Positions 29,558 through 33,874 of a stretch of DNA of 33,874 bases are shown piece after piece. This stretch comes from Armatimonadota bacterium (lineage in GTDB: Bacteria > Sysuimicrobiota > Sysuimicrobiia > Sysuimicrobiales > Humicultoraceae). Under the pieces are notes generated by a model. The model saw nothing but the letters and a program-made list of their open reading frames with translations. It was not told where the DNA came from and searched no databases. The translations under genes and the position numbers were made by a program. Positions within the stretch are counted from its first letter, which is position 1; each line of letters opens with the position of its first letter. The stretch lies in assembly GCA_052386995.1 (NCBI GenBank), contig JBQTJP010000324.1, positions 1-33,874 of the forward strand, given 5' to 3'.

Positions 29558-30571
29558 ATGGCGGTCCGCGTAGGCATCAATGGGTTTGGGCGCATCGGCC
29601 GGCAGTCGCTGAAGGCCATGCTCGAAAGATATCCAGAGGACCTCGAGGTCGTCGCCGTCAACGACATCGCCGACCTCAACACCAACGCGCACCTCTTCAG
29701 GTACGACTCCAACTATGGCCGCTACCCGGGCACCGTGCAGGCCCGCGACAGTGAGCTCGTGATCGACGGCCGCGCGATCAAGGTGTTCTCGGAGCGCGAG
29801 CCCGCCGCGATTCCGTGGGATAAGGTCGGCGCGCAGGTCGTCGTCGAGTCCACCGGTCGTTTTACCGCTGCCGACAAAGCCCGCGGACACCTCGAGCACG
29901 GCGCGCAGAAAGTCGTGATCAGCGCGCCGGCCAAGGGCGAGGACATCACGGTCAACATGGCCGTCAACCACGAGCTCTATGATCCCAAGAAGCACGCCAT
30001 CGTGAGCAACGGGTCGTGCACGACGAACGCCCTGTCTGTCACCGCCAAAGTGCTGAGCCGCGAGTTCGGCATCAAGCGGGGGTACATGACGACCGTCCAT
30101 TCCTATACCAACACACAGCGCATCTTGGACGTGGTCGGCGAGAACCTGCGCGAGGCGCGCGCGGCGGCGATCAACATCATCCCTGCCGCGACCGGGGCTG
30201 CGAAGGCGATCTTCCTGGTGCTGCCCGAGTTGAAGGGGAAGATGCACGGGATTGCGCTCCGGGTGCCGACGCCCACGGTGTCGATCGTCGACCTGGTGTG
30301 CGAGCTCGAGAAGCCGGCGAGCGCCGAAGCGGTGAACGGCGCGTTTCGCTCCGCGTCGGAAGGGGCCATGAAGCGCTACCTGGGGTACACCGACGAAGAG
30401 CTGGTCTCCATGGACTTCAAAGGCGACCCACACTCGGGGATCGTGGACGGCTCGCTGACGACCGTGCTGACGGACAATTTCGTGAAGGTACTGAGCTGGT
30501 ATGACAACGAGTGGGGATACGCGTGCCGGGTTGCCGATCTGGTGGCCTATCTTTACGAACGCGGGCTGTAG
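29558..30571 (+). CDS. gap: Glyceraldehyde-3-phosphate dehydrogenase, type I
   Basis: VGINGFGRIGR, VVESTGRF, SNGSCTTN, TGAAKA, RVPTP.VS, WYDNEWGY. Confidence 0.97.
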   Translation: MAVRVGINGFGRIGRQSLKAMLERYPEDLEVVAVNDIADLNTNAHLFRYDSNYGRYPGTVQARDSELVIDGRAIKVFSEREPAAIPWDKVGAQVVVESTGRFTAADKARGHLEHGAQKVVISAPAKGEDITVNMAVNHELYDPKKHAIVSNGSCTTNALSVTAKVLSREFGIKRGYMTTVHSYTNTQRILDVVGENLREARAAAINIIPAATGAAKAIFLVLPELKGKMHGIALRVPTPTVSIVDLVCELEKPASAEAVNGAFRSASEGAMKRYLGYTDEELVSMDFKGDPHSGIVDGSLTTVLTDNFVKVLSWYDNEWGYACRVADLVAYLYERGL

Positions 30572-30589
30572 CAGGTCGGCGCAGATTCG

Positions 30590-30615
30590 GGGCCGCGGGC
30601 TCCTGCCCGCGGCCC
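30590..30615 (+). other. Perfect 11-bp hairpin between gap and pgk
   Basis: GGGCCGCGGGC-TCCT-GCCCGCGGCCC; no U-tract, so more likely an mRNA stabiliser than an intrinsic terminator. Confidence 0.65.
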
Positions 30616-30634
30616 TCGCGTGTCGGAGCGGCGA

Positions 30635-31819
30635 ATGCGCATGAAGAAGACCGTGCGTGATGTTGACGTCGATGGCAAACGCGTGCTGGTCCGCGTCGAC
30701 TTCAACGTGCCGATGGAAGACGGCCGCATCACGGACGACCGGCGGATTCGCGAGTCGCTCCCGACGATCCGCTACCTGGTGAAGCACCGCGCGAAGGTCA
30801 TCCTGGCCAGCCACCTGGGGCGGCCCAAGGGGCGCGTCGATGAATCACTGCGATTGACGCCCGTGGCCAAGCGACTGAGTGAGTTGCTCGGCCAGTCCGT
30901 CCCATTGCTCCCGGACCGCGTGGGGCCGGCGGTAGAGGCCGCGGTCGCGCGCATGAAGCCGGGCGAGGTGGTCATGCTCGAGAACCTCAGGTTCCACGCG
31001 GAGGAAGAAGCCAACGATCCGGCGTTTGCCGCTTCACTGGCCCGGCTTGCCGACCTGTACGTGAACGACGCGTTCGGGACCGCTCACCGTGCGCACGCGT
31101 CGACGGTGGGTGTGGCCGCGTACCTGCCCGCGGTTACCGGCCTGCTCATGGAGAAGGAACTGCGACACCTGGGCCAGGCCCTGGAGGAGCCGAAGCGCCC
31201 CTTCGTGGCAATCCTCGGAGGCAAGAAAGTCTCAGACAAGATCGGCGTGATTCAGCACCTGCTCACGCGCGCGGATTCGCTGCTGATCGGGGGCGCGATG
31301 GCCTATACGTTTCTACGGGCGCAGGGAAAGGAGATCGGCGCGTCGCTGTGTGAGACCGACCGGCTTGGGCTGGCGAGAGAACTGCTGGAGACCGCCGCCC
31401 GGCGCAGCGTACCTTTTCGCCTTCCCGTAGACGTCGTCGTGGCGACGGCACCCGACGCCGGTGCCGACCACAAGGTCGTCGATGTCGACGCAATCCCGTC
31501 CGGGTGGATGGGTGTCGATATCGGGCCCAGGACCGCGGCGCAGTTCGCAAAGACCATCGCCCCGGCCGGCACGGTCCTCTGGAATGGCCCCATGGGGATC
31601 TTCGAGATTCCAGCGTTTGCGGGCGGGACACGCACGGTGGTCGAAGCCATGGCCGCGTCGAAAGCCGTGACCGTCGTCGGCGGCGGAGATACCGCTGCCG
31701 CCGTCGAAGAACTGAGGTTAGCCGACCGTATGACCCACGTGTCGACCGGTGGTGGCGCGTCGCTCGAGTTCTTGGAGGGCCGCGAACTGCCAGGCATCAC
31801 CGTGTTGCAAGACACATGA
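30635..31819 (+). CDS. pgk: Phosphoglycerate kinase
   Basis: [62 protein letters not shown]. Start ATG 30635 or 30641. Confidence 0.97.
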   Translation: MRMKKTVRDVDVDGKRVLVRVDFNVPMEDGRITDDRRIRESLPTIRYLVKHRAKVILASHLGRPKGRVDESLRLTPVAKRLSELLGQSVPLLPDRVGPAVEAAVARMKPGEVVMLENLRFHAEEEANDPAFAASLARLADLYVNDAFGTAHRAHASTVGVAAYLPAVTGLLMEKELRHLGQALEEPKRPFVAILGGKKVSDKIGVIQHLLTRADSLLIGGAMAYTFLRAQGKEIGASLCETDRLGLARELLETAARRSVPFRLPVDVVVATAPDAGADHKVVDVDAIPSGWMGVDIGPRTAAQFAKTIAPAGTVLWNGPMGIFEIPAFAGGTRTVVEAMAASKAVTVVGGGDTAAAVEELRLADRMTHVSTGGGASLEFLEGRELPGITVLQDT

Positions 31820-31837
31820 CGATCGAAATGATGGTAA

Positions 31838-31940
31838 CGCCCGCGACGGGTTCCCCTGAGCGGACGTGTGACGAGGCCAACCTCTAGACGATTTGGTGGA
31901 GGCCGAGTCTTCGGCGGCGAAGGGGAAGCCCTCGCGGGCG
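31838..31940. repeat. 103-bp element bounded by 20-bp imperfect inverted repeats (MITE-like or structured RNA)
   Basis: 31838-31857 CGCCCGCGACGGGTTCCCCT and 31921-31940 AGGGGAAGCCCTCGCGGGCG are complementary at 18/20 positions. Confidence 0.6.
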
Positions 31941-31968
31941 CTGACGTGACAGATCGATCGGAGACAAT

Positions 31969-32727
31969 ATGCGGACTCCATTGATGGCGGGCAACTGGAA
32001 GATGCACAAAACCGTACGGGAGGCGGTCGAGCTCGCATCGGACCTCAAGACGCGTCTTGCCGACACGAGCGGCGTCGATGTCGTGCTCTGCCCGCCGTTC
32101 ACGGCCCTCGCCGACGTTGGACGCGCGATCGCGGGATCGCAACTGGAGCTCGGCGCCCAGGACCTGCATTGGGAGGGGCGCGGGGCATTCACCGGAGCGA
32201 TCTCGGCGCCGATGCTCTGGGATCTCGGCTGCACCTATGTCATCGTGGGGCATTCGGAACGTCGAAGGTTGTTCTGCGAGACCGATGAAGATGTGCGGCG
32301 CAAAGTCGCCGCTGCTCTCACCAACGAGCTCTTCCCGATTCTATGCGTCGGCGAGTCCCTGGAAGAGCGCGAAGACGGCCGCACCGAGCGCATTCTACAG
32401 ACGCAGGCTCGAATCGGCACGATGGACGTCACGCCAGAGCAGGCGTCGCAGATCGTCGTTGCCTACGAGCCGGTCTGGGCCATTGGAACGGGCCGCCCGG
32501 CGACGGGTGAGGAGGCCGGGCGCGTCGCGGGGCTGCTGCGCAAATGGCTGGGCGAGTGGTTCGGTGAGCAGGCGGCCTCGGTTCGCATCCTCTATGGAGG
32601 CAGCGTGACCCCTGAGACCATCGGGGAGTTCGCCCGCCAGTCCGAGATTGACGGCGCCCTGGTCGGAGGCGCCAGCCTGGACGCGGCCGCCTTCGCGGCT
32701 ATCGTCGGCGCGGCCGCTCCTCGGTAA
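31969..32727 (+). CDS. tpiA: Triosephosphate isomerase
   Basis: AGNWKMH, GHSERR, AYEPVWAIGTG, ILYGGSV, DGALVGGASL. Confidence 0.97.
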   Translation: MRTPLMAGNWKMHKTVREAVELASDLKTRLADTSGVDVVLCPPFTALADVGRAIAGSQLELGAQDLHWEGRGAFTGAISAPMLWDLGCTYVIVGHSERRRLFCETDEDVRRKVAAALTNELFPILCVGESLEEREDGRTERILQTQARIGTMDVTPEQASQIVVAYEPVWAIGTGRPATGEEAGRVAGLLRKWLGEWFGEQAASVRILYGGSVTPETIGEFARQSEIDGALVGGASLDAAAFAAIVGAAAPR

Positions 32728-32825
32728 CTGAGGGCAACCGCGTTGTATCAGCTCACGACCGATGCTACGATGGACGGTGCTGCGCGACGGGCCCTGCGCC
32801 GGAACCGGCAGCGGAGAGGTGTTCC

Positions 32826-33050
32826 GTGCACGAGCCACTGTTGATCATCCATCTCGTCATCTCCCTGGCCCTGGTGGGCATCATCCTGCTGCAGGGGCCA
32901 AAGGGAGAAGGTCTGGGCGCCATCGGCGGCAGCGCGCGCATGTTCCACGGCCCGCGCCCGCGCGAGACGCTGATGACCCGCGTTACCGCTGGCGTGTCGA
33001 TCGCGTTCGTCCTCACGTCGAGCACACTCGCCTACCTTAGTTTGAGGTAA
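32826..33050 (+). CDS. secG: Preprotein translocase subunit SecG
   Basis: Two TM segments; IILLQGPKGEGLGAIGG, ETLMTRVT; follows tpiA; GTG start after GAGGT. Confidence 0.92.
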   Translation: MHEPLLIIHLVISLALVGIILLQGPKGEGLGAIGGSARMFHGPRPRETLMTRVTAGVSIAFVLTSSTLAYLSLR

Positions 33051-33056
33051 CGGGTC

Positions 33057-33341
33057 ATGCGCGAGGGTATCGACCTCCGGTCGCTCATCCTCAGCCTGCT
33101 GTCGGCGGGTTGATGACTGATCGCCCCGGTGGTGAGCCTCCTCGGGTTAGGAGGCGCGACAGCCCAGGTCTTCTTTGAGTCGGCCCGGCCGTATCTGGTC
33201 GCGGCGACCCTGCTCTCGCTGGGCTATTCGTTCTACCTCGTCTACCGGCGTCCGTTCAGGCCCCGGCCGCAGGTCATTCGCCTCTGGGTGACGGTGGCGC
33301 TGGCGGCCATTCTGATGGTCATCCCCCTGGTTCGGGGCTAG
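33057..33341 (+). CDS. MerT-like small membrane transporter, predicted selenoprotein with tandem Sec-Sec (TGA-TGA at 33111-33116), 94 aa
   Basis: SD GAGGT 8 nt before ATG 33057. Translation MREGIDLRSLILSLLSAG-U-U-LIAPVVSLLGLGGATAQVFFESARPYLVAATLLSLGYSFYLVYRRP... parallels the MerT pattern ASxCCxxPxxLxxLGxxGA...EPYRP...YR. Frame continues into track ORF 33129..33341; SECIS-like hairpin follows. Confidence 0.78.
33129..33160 (+). promoter_or_regulatory. Candidate bacterial SECIS element
   Basis: Perfect 7-bp stem GCCTCCT (33136-33142)/AGGAGGC (33149-33155) with G-rich loop CGGGTT, 26 nt after the second TGA; weak lower stem 33129-33133/33156-33160. Confidence 0.65.
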
Positions 33342-33398
33342 CGGCTTCCTGAAGCTGTCTGAGCCGCCGCACGGGCGGGCACCGTAGGCTACGATGCG

Positions 33399-33427
33399 TT
33401 GCACTTCGGCACACCCATCTCTATAAT
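33399..33427 (+). promoter_or_regulatory. Sigma70-type promoter for tRNA-Leu
   Basis: TTGCAC (33399-33404), 17-nt spacer, perfect TATAAT (33422-33427), 45 nt upstream of the tRNA. Confidence 0.75.
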
Positions 33428-33472
33428 GAGTGTCGCTCCGCCCCGACGTCCTCCGTCGGGCCGCACTGACGG

Positions 33473-33558
33473 GCCGGGATGGCGAAATTTGGCAGACGCG
33501 CACGCTTGAGGGGCGTGTGGGTAACCCCGTGGGGGTTCAAATCCCCCTCCCGGCACCA
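33473..33558 (+). tRNA. tRNA-Leu (anticodon GAG)
   Basis: Acceptor stem GCCGGGA/TCCCGGC plus ACCA; D-arm GGCGAAATTTGGCAGACGC; anticodon arm CACGC-TT-GAG-GG-GCGTG; long variable arm; T-arm GGGGG-TTCAAAT-CCCCC; 86 nt. Confidence 0.97.
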
Positions 33559-33874
33559 TGGAATTCCTTCATCTACTGAATAGTTCGAAAAACCACACCT
33601 CGGTTCGGGGGCAAGGCACTCCCCGTAGAATTCAGGTAAGTTCGAGCATGTGCAGGGGACCTCGCTCGCATACCGGCTCCGGGCATGAGCAGCGCGGCGT
33701 GAGGGCGTGCGATCACGCGCATGCTCCTGCGCCACCGTTCTAATCAAGTCTCCGAGCCGGTTCTCAACCTCGCCAGCAATGGGATTGTCCCTTTGTGTCG
33801 GATATTCTCACGCGATGCGAGTCACAGGCTGGTGGCCACTGCCGAGAATGAACTCACAGATTCAACGTAAGCGG

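Noticed and set aside
30001..30210. GAPDH with SCTTNAL (no second Cys) as a different enzyme
   Set aside because: Catalytic Cys and His and the gap-pgk-tpiA context are intact; loss of the second Cys occurs in ordinary GAPDHs.
33111..33116. Genome-wide TGA reassignment (code 4 or 25)
   Set aside because: sucC, sucD, rapZ, nuoH, nuoL and pgk end at TGA at their expected lengths, and conserved Trp residues use TGG.
33129..33341. Track ORF of 70 aa as a stand-alone gene
   Set aside because: No SD before GTG 33129, and it lacks the first half of TM1. It is better explained as the 3' part of the TGA-read-through gene starting at 33057.
33421..33747. 108-aa minus-strand and 61-aa plus-strand ORFs at the right end
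   Set aside because: The first overlaps the tRNA antisense, and neither has a recognisable motif or SD.

Overview
GC-rich bacterial chromosomal window; every gene I can support is on the + strand. In order: a 5'-truncated Liv-type (branched-chain amino acid family) ABC transporter operon; a TCA cluster (icd, mdh, a GNAT acetyltransferase, sucC, sucD); yvlD-like, rapZ, yvcK; a complex I cluster with only membrane-arm genes (nuoA-H-J-K-L-M-N, no nuoB/C/D/E/F/G/I); a complete Thermus-order V/A-type ATP synthase operon (G-I-K-E-C-F-A-B-D) with its own sigma70-type promoter; DUF881 and sbp (DUF1290); gap-pgk-tpiA-secG; a small membrane-protein gene; and tRNA-Leu(GAG). Three signals stand out. (1) The ORF track misses a 94-aa MerT-like gene (33057-33341) with two tandem in-frame TGA codons where MerT has its Cys-Cys pair, followed by a SECIS-like hairpin: a candidate Sec-Sec (UU) membrane selenoprotein inside a housekeeping operon. 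(2) The membrane-arm-only nuo cluster has a NuoL with a 26-aa duplication in its lateral helix, as in '2M' complex I, but only one nuoM. (3) The nuoL-nuoM spacer holds a duplicated 79-bp palindromic element around an apparently empty SD-GTG-TGA cistron. All calls come from reading motifs by eye; no database searches were run.
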